From assembly GCF_006345805.1 (NCBI RefSeq), contig NC_042997.1, positions 97,588,001 to 97,652,000 of the forward strand: a stretch of DNA of 64,000 bases, written 5' to 3'. The translations under genes and the position numbers were made by a program. Origin of the DNA: Octopus sinensis (Eukaryota). Position 1 is the stretch's first letter, and each line of letters begins with the position of its first letter. The notes under the pieces are model-generated. The model searched no databases, was not told where the DNA came from, and saw nothing but the letters and a program-made list of their open reading frames with translations. Of the stretch, positions 11,651-25,375 are shown piece after piece.

Positions 11651-14600
11651 TTATATGTATAGTTCACTTTAAACTCTTCTTGTGGCAATGCTGTGAATAA
11701 AGCTACATGGATACATTTAGCCTGGATGAGATCTTAATGCAACAGGATGCGAATGGACACCATATCCTAGGATACCTTTGCAGTAGCAACGTATGTTGAA
11801 CACTGGTTTAAAGGGAATAAACATATGAAAGACTAATTTTAAAAACACTGTAGATGTATAATTCTCCATCTTTATGATCTATATATATACACACACACAC
11901 ACTAAATATGATTAGGGTGTTACCTACTTTGCTAGAAATAAGAGCTAAAAAGCTCTAGTCCCTTCAGTACATATGTAAACAATTAAGTGCTTTTTAGCTC
12001 TTATTTTTAACACCCTAACCATATTTAGTGACAATTATAGTTCTCCTTTTTGATAAAACATTGTACACCTATATTGTACAGCCTATATTAATTATATATA
12101 TATAAGGTTAGATACATGTATTTTTGATTTGTCCTTTCATCAGTCTGTCATGAAAATAGCAGTCTGATCTATTGATTTAACCTGATTGTCCTGTGAGAAC
12201 CTTTTGTGGACTTGGGTTATAAATAGAAAGATGGGCTATATGAACAAAACACACCAACATATGTTGCACATTGTTTATAATTACCATTATCATAATTAAT
12301 GCTATAATATATTTTTTTCAATGTTGGCTTCTGTCTGATATGTTATATAGTGCAACATATCATTTCACATCATCCTAAATCAGTTCACTGCTATATATAT
12401 ATACATATATATATAGTTATGATATTGCATATATTATATCATATTTTCTGTTATCATATGTAATGTTATATATCAGACAGAGTTATTGAAGCAGATTTTT
12501 CTGTGGTTAGATACCCTTTCTGTTACCAATAGTTACGTTTCCAAGCAAAGCAATATTTCTTCATGGCCAGAAGTGTTTTCATAGAATATTGGAAGTGAAT
12601 GATATCCATTTACAACAATCACACAAGAAGACGCAAACATACACTCTCACATGTGCACATATACATATGCACAACGGGCTTCTCTCAGTTTTCGTCTGCC
12701 AAATTTACTCACAAGGCTTTATTGCCTCTGGAGCTATAGTAAAAGACTTACCCAATATGTTTATAACATTTCAAATTATGAACCTCATCTGTAAAAATGA
12801 AATGTTTTTTTAAAAATTATATCTGCACTAAGGTGGCAAGCTGGCCGAATCATTAGCATGCGGAGCGAAATACTTAATGGCATTTTTGTCCATCTTTACA
12901 TCCTGAGTTCAAATTCAGCTGAGGTTCACTTTGCCTTACATCCTTTAGGAGTCGATAAAATAAGTAGAAGTTGATGTAATTGCCCTATCCCCTCCCCTGA
13001 AATTACTGGCCTTGTGCTAAAATTTGAAACCAATACTTTCATCTGCAGTGTTGGCTTGATCTCTGATTATCACCAGTTATCTTATTCCAGAATGTGTATT
13101 TAGTTTACATCCAGCCTTATAATTACTGTATTTCTAAACTAGTTGTCTAGTGGGTAGATAAAAAGAAATTAAAGTTCCCTACCAAATTATCTTGTCTTAG
13201 TTATAATATATACTTTATTATCTTTGCGAAAGGCTCACTACTCTCCCAATTTTTTGGTCCCAAGTTTGGTTTAGTCGATCATCCATTTGTAGATATCTCT
13301 AATCATGAGGTCTAACAATTGAATCATTGCTACACATTTTCATTGGAGAATATAAGTATTTATCCTTTTTATTATGAGGAAAAATTCCTTTTATTATTTT
13401 CCATGAACATTTCTCATAAAATTTAAGCTTAAAGAATTATGTTCTAAGAATGTTCCTCTTCATTCAATTATTCAGAAATAAATGGTGATGAACAAGTACT
13501 TTTTCTTTTCTTATACTGAGAATTTGAAATTTCAAACCTGCTTTAGCTTTCGGAAACAGAATAGCACAGTGATTTTATACATATATATGTAAAGGGTAAG
13601 GGTAAAGAACCCCTTTGGTTATGAATGACCATGGGATTGCACCTAGAAAGTTACCTTCCGAGGCACAAGTTCCGGTAAGGTTGTTTATTGAAGACCAGCA
13701 GTCGCCCATGCATACCCCCCCTCTCCATGCCACTGATGTTATCCAAGGGAAAGGCAAAGGCTGATACAGCTTGGCACCAGTGAACTAGAGCAACATGAAA
13801 TAAAGTGTCTTGCTCAAGAACACAGCACACAACCTAGTTTAGGAATCAAACTTACTGCCTCATGTTTGCAACCCTGGTGCTCTAACTACTGAGCTATGTA
13901 CCTTCATCACACACATTCATTCATTTGAAGTAACTATTTCACTCAACTCCTTATCTAAGTTTTCCTGTTTCTCCCAGTTGCCTTAAGAAACTCAGTGGGA
14001 CAACATTTTCTTATTCTATTTAAACTCATTTCTTTGTGTAAGTAATGATGAGAGAACATCTCCCATATGGTTTATTGTTGATATTTTAAAACACTGCTTC
14101 TGATTCCAACTTTTACATGATATGCTTGTTTGTGTGAGGCTATAGTGATATTAATAACATTTAAAAAAATAAATAGATCCTTTATTATTATTAAATTTTG
14201 TTAATGAATAGATCCTTTATCAAATAAATATGCCTATCTGTTTTTTTCCCTCTTCTCTCTCCATCCTAGAGTTAAATTGTATAGGAAATTGTTTTAAGGT
14301 TAAGATTTCATTTCACATCATATCCTTAAAGTTAAAAATATAGACTTTATTTTTGAAATGTTTATGATACTTTTATTGTTATTTATTCCTTAATGTAGAA
14401 GTTAACTGAATAATATACAATTAAAATCGCTGTAGGAGGAAGTTCTCTTTGTAGAGTTTGCATCACAGGAAGACTGCGTCTAAGGAGAGAGGGTGCTTAG
14501 CTGCTGATATATTTCTCAGATATTAATCTTTTCAGACATTTACATTTCTTATCAGCATCCTGTAATTTAAAAAATCTATTTCCTCTCCCCACAGACAATT

Positions 14601-15898
14601 TTGGGGATTCTTGCCGTGTTATTCATATAATATTTGAAGCGTGGGTCTCGATCTCTATCTAGTATCGTTTTTCTATAAATAAATATGACAAAATCGTTAG
14701 TTTTTATGTTTTTCATCTTTTCCTGGTTGTTTATGTGTCAAGAGTAAACAATTTACATCGTTTTCAGTAACATTGGCAATTAATAGGATTGATAGTTGAG
14801 GGTAACAGTTTCAACAGTCTGCCAGGTGCAGTATGGGGCATATTACCGAATCCTTTGGAGGTCTGGAGTCGTAAAAAGATTTAAAAAAAAACAACAAAAA
14901 ATAACGATAAATACTCTACTTTAATATAAAAATTATTATCAATGTTTTACATTCGTTTATCTGTGGTGACATAGGCTGGATGGATTTGTAATGTTGCAGT
15001 GGCCTTCCATATGCTTAGTCTTTTCAACGTAAGTAAGCATATGATGCTGCCTCTGCAAATGGTTTTGGTAGTGTTTCCATCTACACTCTTAAAAACAATA
15101 GAAATTTATATTATAAGTTACTATGGTTGTTTTAAGAGTGAAGATGAGATCTTTATGCTATTAAAAGTGCTCATACTAAAACTTTGTTTACTCGTCTCAC
15201 GACTATTTATAGTAGCCTACATAATTACACCAATATGTTGAAGTAGGTAATTGAGTCTTCCACGAGTGAGAGCCGCCAGGATAGGAATTTAGATTAAGAA
15301 CTAGAAGACCAGCTATAAATTCTACATGAACTCGCTTATCTGGATTTCAAGGCGGTGGAATTTAATTGTGTAGCCTTGACAATGTTTGTCTCTGTTGACT
15401 CAATCTCTGTCTATTTATTTTAACTATAGTTTGCGGTTTGATTGTTCATATACTTTTTCGTTAATTGTATATACACTTCCTCCTTGAATCGTTACTAACA
15501 ACTTCCTTTTGGCTTCTAATTTTAATATGACATTTTGTTTTGTCGTGGTGACTACGCGTGAATAGTAAAACAATACATACACTTTACCAAATTAGTTCTA
15601 AAACAAAACAAAAAAAAGTCTTTGTAACATTGCAACAAAATTTAATGTCATTTTACTGAGGTATCTGCATCGTAGTAATTTCTTACTACAAAACCAACAT
15701 TATTTATTTTCATCTGAACTATCACTTATATTAGAAGCATAGCTTAACCCCTTAATGACTTAATTCTTAGTTGTGTCATCCGAGCTCAACTTCTGATCGA
15801 CTAAACATGATTCACAAATCTGTTCTTTAAGGGTGTAACATGCCCCCTCTGTCCAGCTAATGACCGTTCTGCACACTCTAACATGTAGCGATAAATCT

Positions 15899-16131
15899 TA
15901 TTTCTTTATTGCTCACATGGGGCTAAACATAGAGGGGACAAACAAGGACAGGCAAAGGGATTAAGTCGATTATGTCGACCCCAGTGCGTAACTGGTACTT
16001 AATTTATCGACCCCGAAAGGATGAAAGGCAAAGTCGACCTCGGCGGAATTTGAACTCACAGCGTAATGGCAGACGAAATATCGCTAAGCATTTCGCCTGG
16101 CGTGTTAACGTTTCTGCCAGCTCGCCGCCTT
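15899..16131 (-). mobile_element. SINE family B, full-length copy with 15-bp TSD
   Basis: Flanked by TG(T/C)AGCGATAAATCT at 15884-15898 and 16132-16146. Confidence 0.9.
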
Positions 16132-18260
16132 TGCAGCGATAAATCTCATAAGGTTGCAGTTTGACGACCTGGACATGTTATACTGTCCAGCCTATACTCG
16201 CATATTCTGTGATGGCCGTAGGGAAGTGAGCAAGGCGGACTCGATCTGGGCATGACAATTGCTGTACTTCTATATTTGGTACTCATCCCTGCACATTGTT
16301 TTGGGGGTCAGTGAGGATGTTAGTGTTGCAGGGATTTCAGCGTGCGTGCGTTCCTTATAGTTATGTGTTTGAGTTAAAGGAGAAAGACGTTTTTTAGTAT
16401 ATCAATAGTGTTTAGACGCATTTTTTCATGAAGTGGCAGGAGCTATGATGATTGAAACTTGCCGTACGTAGCAACAAACTATGCTCCTCGCATGTCCAAA
16501 TGCTCTAATATTTTGAATATACATACTTCTGATGTTGTGCAGATATCATTTGTACAACCAATAATGGTACACAATGTACTGTTTGGTATATTTCGTGGTT
16601 TATTTTGATTTGTTGCAATTAGTGATGGATCCAGTATATTAGGTATTATTTTATCCCTTTACCCGCACGATTTTCACTCAGAAAAAAGAAAAAATCAGAT
16701 TTTTTCTTTTCTTAACAATTAGCCAAATATATTCATACTTTTCGTGGAAGTACATACCTTGAGTCTAGCAATCTGGAAGATCACATTTATCAATATCATT
16801 TGAAACACCATTATATGTATCTTTAGCATCAGATGAAATGATAGCCTTTGGGGTATCATCATTTTCAAGTAAATTTTTATCATCCTAGTTGTTTGTTTTT
16901 TTTCATTTTTTTTTTACTGTTTAATTCTTCATGAAGCTCTCTTAAACTATTTTATTATACTCATTTTCACACGAGTACAGATTAATTGTTTAGATATTTG
17001 ATATTTATATATAATGTGTGAAACATTATTTTTTACTACTTGCATTTTTGCTGAATGAGACTGCTTATAATAAATATTCATTACTCACAATTTAGTCTGA
17101 GAGAAATTATAGAAATTTATTACATTTCTCTTGGTCATTCTTATATAACCCAAGCGCAGAGACCATATCTAAAACTGCAATTTCTTATTGGAGAAGACAA
17201 AAAAAAAAAAAATCTATTGAATTATGCATTATTGAGCATAAATCTGACCTTCCATAGTAATTTCTATTTCTACAAGCTCATATAAAAGCTGGTCTGAATA
17301 CTAAGCCACAGTAACTTAAATTTTTAATGGAAAACTTATGTGAACTACACTACTCGTACTTTTACAAGTACTATGTTGTATAATAATGTCATTACACAGG
17401 AAAACACTTAGCTCAAGTGGGTTAAAATACTGTGCATACTCATCACGTATGTCCAACCAAAACCAAGTTGAAAAAACAACTAGACAAGCTGAAGCATGAA
17501 GCATAGTAGCTCATGTAACTATTCATCTTCTCTACCTACTTTTCTTGGGATGTTTGTTAGGGTAGAGTCGTTGGACATCTCATCGATATGGTCCTTTAAG
17601 AAGCAACTGTACATAATGATTAAATGTGGTTGTTTATTGATGTTGTGTTTTAGTTGAGACACATGGATTAAAGTTCAACTGTCAGGTGGCACTGAGTGTT
17701 TAATGGATTTGTTGAAAAGTCCATGGAATAAATGACAGAAGAAAATAATAGTTGAAGTGACCCTTATTTTACTGTTGCCATATAAAAAACAACTGCTTTG
17801 AGCTGTTGTATAAAGATTATATGAAGTTCTGTCATGGGTAGTTGTGTTCAACTATGCTAGGAAAAACGGAAGGAAGAGAGAGAGTAGTAGATGGTTGATG
17901 AGTAGAGAGGGTGAAAGTTGTGTATTAACCCCACCCCTATGACATGCCAAAAAAACGTACTCCCTCTGCCAGGCGATAGGGAGATGCTCTTCAATGAGGT
18001 GCCAAGAGAAAGAATCCAATTTGGGTTCTGATTTATGTTTTTCTACTTAATTTTAGGTCGGGCTAAAAAAAGATTTTTTTTGCCTGTTACCTGATCTGAA
18101 CTGTATTTAACCTAAGGATTCTCAGAAAACAATAGGATTTACCTAAATATAACAGTTGACTCTCATAAATTTCTTGGTGCTAATGCTGAGAAAAATAAGA
18201 AGGGACTCAGGTAGAAAAATGTACACTGGGTTTTGAAACCTGGTTATGAATCCAGGTAGC

Positions 18261-18680
18261 AATTTGCTTAATGTTATTAGACTTTCCAACTGGATTCCCA
18301 AGTGTGATCAAATGAGACTATGGATATTGTTCAACCATGTTGTTCTTGATCTACTCTTAGGTCTCTTGCAACTTGGATAGGCTTGAAGAATCCATCTTGT
18401 GGTTCTTTCCTGTGACATTCTAATTACATGTCCATAGTACTGGAGCTGTGACCTCTCAATGCAGTGAAGTAGCAACTCAACCTGGAGAGACACTCTGATC
18501 TCTGAGCTACAGACCTGTAGAGTAGCATTAATCCAAAGATCCTTTCAGAGGAACCCCATTTTGGCTGCTTGTACACATGACTCTACTCTTTCAGTCATTA
18601 TTCAATGTTCATGACCGTAAGTGAGGATAAGCACAAAAACCAAATTGAAGATAGCAAGCTTGGTTTTCTTATCAACTTCT
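18261..18680 (-). mobile_element. RTE-clade LINE 3' fragment, degenerate
   Basis: IERSQLQYYGHVIRMSQERTTRWILQAYPSCKRPKSRSRTTWLNNI matches the RTE C-terminal L.W.GHV.RM...RP.GRP...W pattern. Confidence 0.75.
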
Positions 18681-21204
18681 CGTGTGGATTGAATGCTGGA
18701 GCTAGTTCATAACTGTGCCAGCATCTGGAATTCTCACATCCAATCCAGCCTAGAGGTATTGAACTTTCTCAACTTGTCTCACTGATGTTCCACTAACATG
18801 CAGAATGCATTGGGAAGAACTTGAGAAGACAAATGTCTCATGTAATTTGAATCAATTTTTAGGAATTTGAATTATAAATCATTGTTACTATTAGAATATC
18901 TAATTTAACTTTTGGAATTCAAGAGAGATGATTTGGGTAACTTTTGGTTTCTTAATTTAAACTTAAATATACACATTCATCACTGAAATATACTTCCAAG
19001 CCCTTAATGTTTTTGGCTGTAATGTCAATATAATATATAAATCTAATATGTATAACATCTCTTGCTTTTGATGGAGATCCAGGCCAGAGGCTTCCCTTAC
19101 AGTATCCAAATGCAGCTCTACATACATGTTCACAGCTTCATAACCTATAATCACATTACAAAGATCTATGAATACCTTTATTACAATAATACAATGGACT
19201 ATAATGAAGTTGGAACTTATGGCAATGGGAGAAAGTGGCATAATTCAGTAGTTTCATTACCATATTCTTTTATTTGTTTCAATCATTTGACTGCAGCCAT
19301 GCCGGAGCACCACCTTGAAGAGTTTTAGCCAAACAAATCGACCCCAGGACTTATTTTTTAAAGCCTAGTGTTTATTCTATCAATCACTTTTGAACTGCTA
19401 GATTACGGGGACATAAACACACCAACACCAGTTTGTCAAATGGTGACGGGTGGACAAACACAAAGACACACACAGACATACATATGTGTGTCTGTGTGTA
19501 TATATATATATATATGTATATATGGCAGGCTTCTTTCAGTTTCCATCTACCAAATCCAATTAGAAGGCTTTGATTGGCTTGAGGCTATAGTAGAAGACAC
19601 TTGTCCAAGGTACCATGCAGTGGGACTGAACCCAGAACCATGTAGTTGACAAGCAAGCTTCTTACCACACAGCCATGCCTGTGCCTATAGAAAAAATACA
19701 AGACAATACTCACATTTGAAGTATTCTGGTTGATGGTGTACAACAGTGGGATAGGACTTATCTCATTATCTCTGCTATAATCAGTAAGCTCTTGCTTTGG
19801 TTGGAGGTCATGACTCATGCACCACTGTGAATTCTTCTTTAACATTCTGTGTCTCCTCAAGGTGGTGAGCTGGCAGAATCATTCGCACTCCAGGCAAAAT
19901 GCTTAGTGGCTGAGGTCGACTTTCCCTTTCATCCATTTGGGGTCAATAAAATGAGTACCAGTTGTGTACTGAGGTTGTGTAATTGACTTGCCTCATTCCC
20001 CAAACTTGCTGACCTTGTTCCAGAATTTAAGACCAATATTTTATGTCCCCTCCCCCCCGTACAGTACTCCACAGTAAAACATGTGCCATGCTGATATTAC
20101 TAGTGTTAAATTTCTGTTTTGACATCTGACATATCAAAATGAGTACCAGGCTTAAAAGTAAGTCCTGGGGCCAATTTATTCAACAAAACACTTCAAGGTA
20201 GTGCCCAAGCAAGGTCTCAGTTCAATAAATGAAACAGCATTCAATCCACACAAGAGTAGATCAAGAACAACATGGTTGAACAATATCCATAGTCTCATTT
20301 GATCACACTTGGGAATCCAGTTGGAAAGTCTAATAACATTAAGCAAATTTTACAGAATACTTTACAACCACAAGTAATGGTAATGTGATCTTCGAATAGA
20401 ACTATAGTTTGGTAATCTACAATCAAACCAGGTCAGGGACATTCTAGAGCTGCAACCATCTCATCATTTTGTGTATCTTGGACTTTATCATTGAATGTGC
20501 CTTGCATTTTTAAACACAGTAAAGTCTGATTTTATTGCTATTTCTAGCAGGTCAACTGATTGCCTAGATACCTTCTCCTTATTGATTCATGGCACAGATG
20601 AAATAGCTCATAATATACTAATAAATTACCTTTACAGCTATAAATTATCAAAATATAAACTCGTATTTTATCAGTTCCTTGTCTAACACTAATAATATGA
20701 CCTTAAACTGTGATCTCTGTGTTGTTATATGTACTATTGTTACATATAAAGTTTTAGAATAGCTTTATAATTGGTCTCTTGAGACAGTTAATTCTGCTCA
20801 CTATCAGCCTTTTCATATTATTACAAAATTATTATTTCATATAATTATTCAATTATGATATACCACTGGTACTTGTGGTATTAGGGAGAGATGGATAGTT
20901 AAATGGTAGGATTTAATAATCAACAAGGAATGTAAACATAATGGCTTTTCACTTGAGCAAAGCCATACTATATCAACATTCATGCTCATTCACATATGCA
21001 TGCACACACACAGATACACACATCATGGGCTTCATACAGTTTTCAAATACTAAATTTCACACAAGGCATTGCTTGGCTCAGGTCTATAGAAGACATTTAC
21101 TCAAATTGCTTCACAGTCAGACGTTGTCTATTTATTTATATATGCAATCATTTTAATTAACTTCTGTGTGTGTGTGTGTGTGTAGACACACACACACAAG
21201 TACA

Positions 21205-21532
21205 TAGCTCAGTGGTTAGAGCATCAGACTCACAATCATGAGGTAGTGAGTTCAATTCCTGAATCAGGTTGTGTTCTGTTCTTGAGTAAGATACTTTATT
21301 GTATATTGTTCCAGTTCACTCAGCTGTAGAAATGAGTTGCAGCATCATCGATGGTGTCAAGCTGTATCAACCTTTGCCTTTCCTTTGGATATAACATCAG
21401 GGAGGGGAGGCTAGTATGCATGGGCGACTGCTGGTCTTCCACAAACAACCTTGCTTGGGCTTGTGTCTGAGAAGGGAACTTTCTAGGTGCAATCGCATGG
21501 TCATTTGTGACTGAAGGGGTTCTTTATCCTTT
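21205..21532 (+). mobile_element. tRNA-derived SINE family C
   Basis: A box TAGCTCAGTGGTTAGAGC and B box GAGTTCAATTCC, then a conserved body. An inverse copy lies at about 13575-13905. Confidence 0.8.
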
Positions 21533-21811
21533 ACCTATATGTAGGTGCCATATAATAAGCACCTGTGCATCTATGCTGACGCCACATAAAAAAGCACTCA
21601 CGCTGGCACCACGTAAAAGTACCCAGTACATGCTGAAAAGTCGTTGGTGTTAGGAAGTGCATCAAGCCATAGAAACCATGCCAGAACAGACGACTGGGGC
21701 CTGGGGTAGCCCTCCAGCTTGCCACTTCCCATCAAACCCATATCAGTATGGTAAATGAACATTAAATAATGATGAGCAGGAGGATACACACATGCACACA
21801 CATCAATGACT

Positions 21812-22042
21812 TTAACCTTTTAGCATTCAAACCGGCCATCTCTGGCCAATATATGTAACAATTTTATGTTGAAGTTGGCCAGGTCTGGCCTCTCACCTCA
21901 ACCCTACAATGTCATTCTAAAACTAAACTATCACATCATTGAAATCTCTAAACTTCATCATCATGAATGATTAATTCAAAACAATATAAACAAACAAACT
22001 AACATTACATTTGACAAAATAATCTGAATACTAAAGGGTTAA
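21812..22042. mobile_element. piggyBac-like MITE family (about 225 bp, TTAA-CCCTTTAGCATT...AATGCTAAAGGG-TTAA)
   Basis: TTAA at both ends with CCCTTT/AAAGGG TIRs. Other copies at 36440-36658, 36761-36988, 37582-37762 (partial), 41601-41823, 42927-43153 and 48266-48436. Confidence 0.8.
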
Positions 22043-23185
22043 TTTGTTGGTGAGCTAGCTTTTGCTGATTAGCCAAATGGTCTTTCAGATGTTGTGTAAC
22101 ATGTTTGTCTGTGTCTGTAGCAGAGCCATACCTTCCAAGATAGATGTAGACTATAGTCTAAGGTTCTGCTTGTAAAGGTCAGCAACTAATAAGGACTGAA
22201 GCATTTTCTGTCCTCCAAAAAGAATCCTATGCTTAAAGTGTAGATTTAGTAGTATTCATTTTTGTATCTGTTTAGCAAGATTCTTTATGTGAATTCGTCT
22301 GTTGAAACAAATTTTGTTGTGTCTGGGGAGAGTCATACAGCCTCAATATCTAACACATGCACCAGTTCCAATTTTCTACTCATTTATTTATTTATTTATT
22401 TTTGTGTCTTCCAAAATTTTTGCTGCTTTTGCAACCTTGTCAATGGATGTTGACTCTGTCCATTATCAATATTATATATCTTTTATCTGTTTCATTTATT
22501 GAACTGAGACCTTGCTTGGGCACTACCTTGAAGTGTTTTGTTGAATAAATTGGCCCCAGGACTTACTTTTAAGCCTGGCACTTATCCTATCAATTAGAAA
22601 CAATTTTGAAGCTGTTAGTTGTGTGTTGTTATTGTCCATGCTTGTTTCCAGGAAATATAGCAACTAGGTTGTCAACATCTTTGTTCATTGAAGCATTTAT
22701 TATGTGTTGTCTTTGATTTGTGATGCGTTTGTAAAGAAGGTTAAAAAAGGAATGAGGTCATATCATTTGTGTTGAAATATAGCTGGTTCGAAGTAACATG
22801 TTTGTTATTAGAGTACAGAAAAGGTGTGGAAGATATTACCAAACTTTGGACTATTCATATTGAGTGAATTTTGGGGAGAGAGGGAGAGAGAGATCTGAGG
22901 TAGTCTAACATAAAATAGATGATCTAGAAGATGGAGTGGATTAATACTCTTACTCTTTACTCTTTTACTTGTTTCGGTCATTTGACTGTGGCCATGCTGG
23001 AGCACCGCCTTTAGTCGAGCAAATCGACCCTGGGACTTATTCTTTGTAAGCCCAGTACTTATTCTATCGGTCTCTTTTGCTGAACCGCTAAGTGACGGGG
23101 ACGTAAACACACCAGCATCGGTTGTCAAGCAATGCTAGGGGGACAAACACAGACACACAAACACACACACACACATATATATATA

Positions 23186-23545
23186 TGGCCGATGCCAGCG
23201 CTGCCTCGATTGACTTCCGTGTCGGTGGCACATAAAAAGCACCATCCGAATCGTGGCCGAAGCCAGTGCCGCCTCGACTGGCTTCCGTGCAGGTGGCACG
23301 TAAAATGCACCAATCCGACCGTGGCCGATGCCAGCCTCGCCTGGCACCAGTGCAGGTGGCATGTAAAAAGCACCCACTTCACTCATGGAGTGGTTGGTGT
23401 TAGGAAGGGCATCCAGCTGTAGAAACATTGCCAAATAAGACCGGAGCCTGGTGCAGCCTTCTGGCTTCCCAGATCCCCGGTCAAACCGTTCAACCCATGC
23501 TAGCATGGAGAACGGACGTTAAACGATGATGATGATGATGATGAT
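23186..23545 (+). mobile_element. Minisatellite-bearing retroelement with RTE-like 3' end and (GAT)n tail, nested in a SINE A copy
   Basis: About 60-bp units GGTGGCACRTAAAAAGCACCATCCGA..., then GGAGTGGTTGG.GTTAGGAAGGGCATCCAGC...GGACGTTAAAC(GAT)n. It splits the minus-strand SINE A at 22950-23712. Other copies near 21540, 27000(-), 34580, 38600, 39580(-), 40140(-), 43435(-), 44330 and 47190. Confidence 0.75.
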
Positions 23546-23865
23546 ACGACGGGCTTTTTTCAGTTTCCGTCTACCAAATCCACTCACAAGGCATTGGTTG
23601 GCCCGGGGCTATAGCAGAAGACACTTGCACAAAGATGCCACGCAGTGGAACTGAACCCGCAACCATGTGGTTGGCTAGCAAGCTACTTACCACACAGCCA
23701 CTCCTGCGCCTAATAGGTAAGAAATTTTACTAAGAAGGTTCTGAGGCTAAATATGGTTGAAATCTTTGTCGGTGTTAAGACTAACAATATTGCTTTTACT
23801 GAGTGACCTAGTAATTCCTCTCAACCTTTCCTTCATTTACTCATTACATATTGGTGTTTTCCTTG

Positions 23866-23934
<69 letters not shown>

Positions 23935-24026
23935 TCACACTCATTTTCCTTTTTCCTTTCTTTAAATTTCTGCCTTGTATTTTGATTACTGTTGAATAAT
24001 ATGATGCACATTTTTTATATTTGCAG

Positions 24027-24135
24027 CCGTTCAAAATGGTACCATGGAATCGCAGACTTCGCCAATGTAATGAAGGCATTTATTGGCACCAATTATTTAT
24101 CTGTACCATATGCTTTCAGTCAAAGTGGAATTATT
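24027..24135 (+). CDS. Amino-acid transporter (Aa_trans, SLC36/AVT3-like), coding exon 2
   Basis: TTTGCAG| ... |GTAAGT. Encodes RSKWYHGIADFANVMKAFIGTNYLSVPYAFSQSGII, the TM1 signature (N..K..IG...L..PYAF...G). Phase 2 in, phase 0 out. Confidence 0.9.
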
Positions 24136-24345
24136 GTAAGTAATGTATATTTAAATAGATGTGTGTGTGTGTGTATATATGTACATATACATTATTGTAA
24201 GTAATATATATTTAAACAGATGTGTGTGTGTGTATCTATATCTATCTATACATACATACATACACACACACACTCACACACACACACACATATATACATA
24301 CATATACATATACACATATATATATACATACATACATATATATAT

Positions 24346-24388
<43 letters not shown>

Positions 24389-24596
24389 GTGAAATAGAAA
24401 GATGAATAATCTTGTAGTAGATTAATCAAAAGTTTAACCGATACCTTAGTAGCAAAAATCACAGCAGTGAACAGCACGGTTGGAGGTACAACCATCTGGC
24501 GTTGCAACCGTGCGTTGGTGCGGATAATTGAAATTAAAACATTATTGGTGAATTGAAGAAATGGAGCTGAACGCAGATTGAACAGAAATCGTTTTA

Positions 24597-24686
24597 TTTC
24601 ATTCTACACGTGTTTCGAAAGGCACAAATTACCAAAATCCGATTGAATAATGGGACCATATTGTGTCCTTTCTCTTCAGGAAGAAA
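24597..24686 (-). ncRNA. Type I hammerhead ribozyme (minimal stem III, PLE-associated type)
   Basis: Minus strand: UUUCUUC-CUGAAGA-GAAAGG(A)CACAA-loop-UUGUGCCUUUC-GAAA-C-ACGU-GUA^GAA(U)GAAA. All core nucleotides and stems I, II and III are present. Confidence 0.85.
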
Positions 24687-25228
24687 AAAGGAAATCCGTT
24701 GGAAAAACAAAAACAGAACAGAGGCAGAGCAAAAAACAAATCGAACTGTGCTCCTAAGAGCCCATGTCGAAACTGTTTATCAGTGTATGTTGAGAACCGG
24801 TGGCTGAAGAATTCAACAGGTCAGGCATCGGTCAATCATGTGGGTGAGGGTGTATAGATGTTCTTTGTGACCGAGAATAAAGTTCTGACTATTTAAAGAA
24901 TATTGGATGTTTTATAAGGGGCGAGAAAAAATCTACTTAGAGACGTGTGTGTGTGTATACTGTTCTATATATGTGTGTGTTGGCGTAGGGGTAGAAAACA
25001 TTTTTTGTGTACGTGTGTGCGTTTGATCGTTCGGCTGTCGGCGGTCACAAAGAACATCTATACACCCTCACCCACATGATTGACCGATGCCTGACCTGTT
25101 GAATTCTTCAGCCACCGGTTCTCAACATACACTGATAAACAGTTTCGCCATGGGCTCTTAGGAGCACAGTTCGATTTGTTTTTTGCTCTGCCTCTGTTCT
25201 GTTTTTGTTTTTCCAACGGATTTCCTTT

Positions 25229-25317
25229 TTTCTTCCTGAAGAGAAAGACACAATATGGTCCCATTATTCAATCGGATTTTGGTAATTTGTGCCTTTCGAA
25301 ACACGTGTAGAATGAAA
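25229..25317 (+). ncRNA. Type I hammerhead ribozyme (minimal stem III, PLE-associated type)
   Basis: Stem I 25229-25235 with 25310-25317 (one bulged U). CUGAAGA at 25236-25242. Stem II 25243-25253 with 25287-25297 (one A.C mismatch). GAAA at 25298-25301. C-ACGU-GUA, with predicted cleavage after 25309. Confidence 0.85.
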
Positions 25318-25375
25318 TAAAACGATTTCTGTTCATCTGCGTTCAGCTCCATTTCTTCAATTCACCAATATGTTT

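Noticed and set aside
16745-16875. Minus-strand open stretch (NLLENDDTPK...) followed by a GTATGT donor, as a nested gene exon
   Set aside because: It has an in-frame stop before the donor and no polypyrimidine acceptor.
24754-24773. Extra hammerhead-like string CT-AAGA-GCC-CAT-G(T/G)C-GAAAC in each foldback arm (also 25142-25161, minus)
   Set aside because: It lacks the invariant G of CUGA and has no convincing stem I, so it is at best a fossil.
24610-25352. 60-68 aa ORFs within the foldback arms
   Set aside because: They are mirror-image, low-complexity K/N-rich frames with no recognisable domain.
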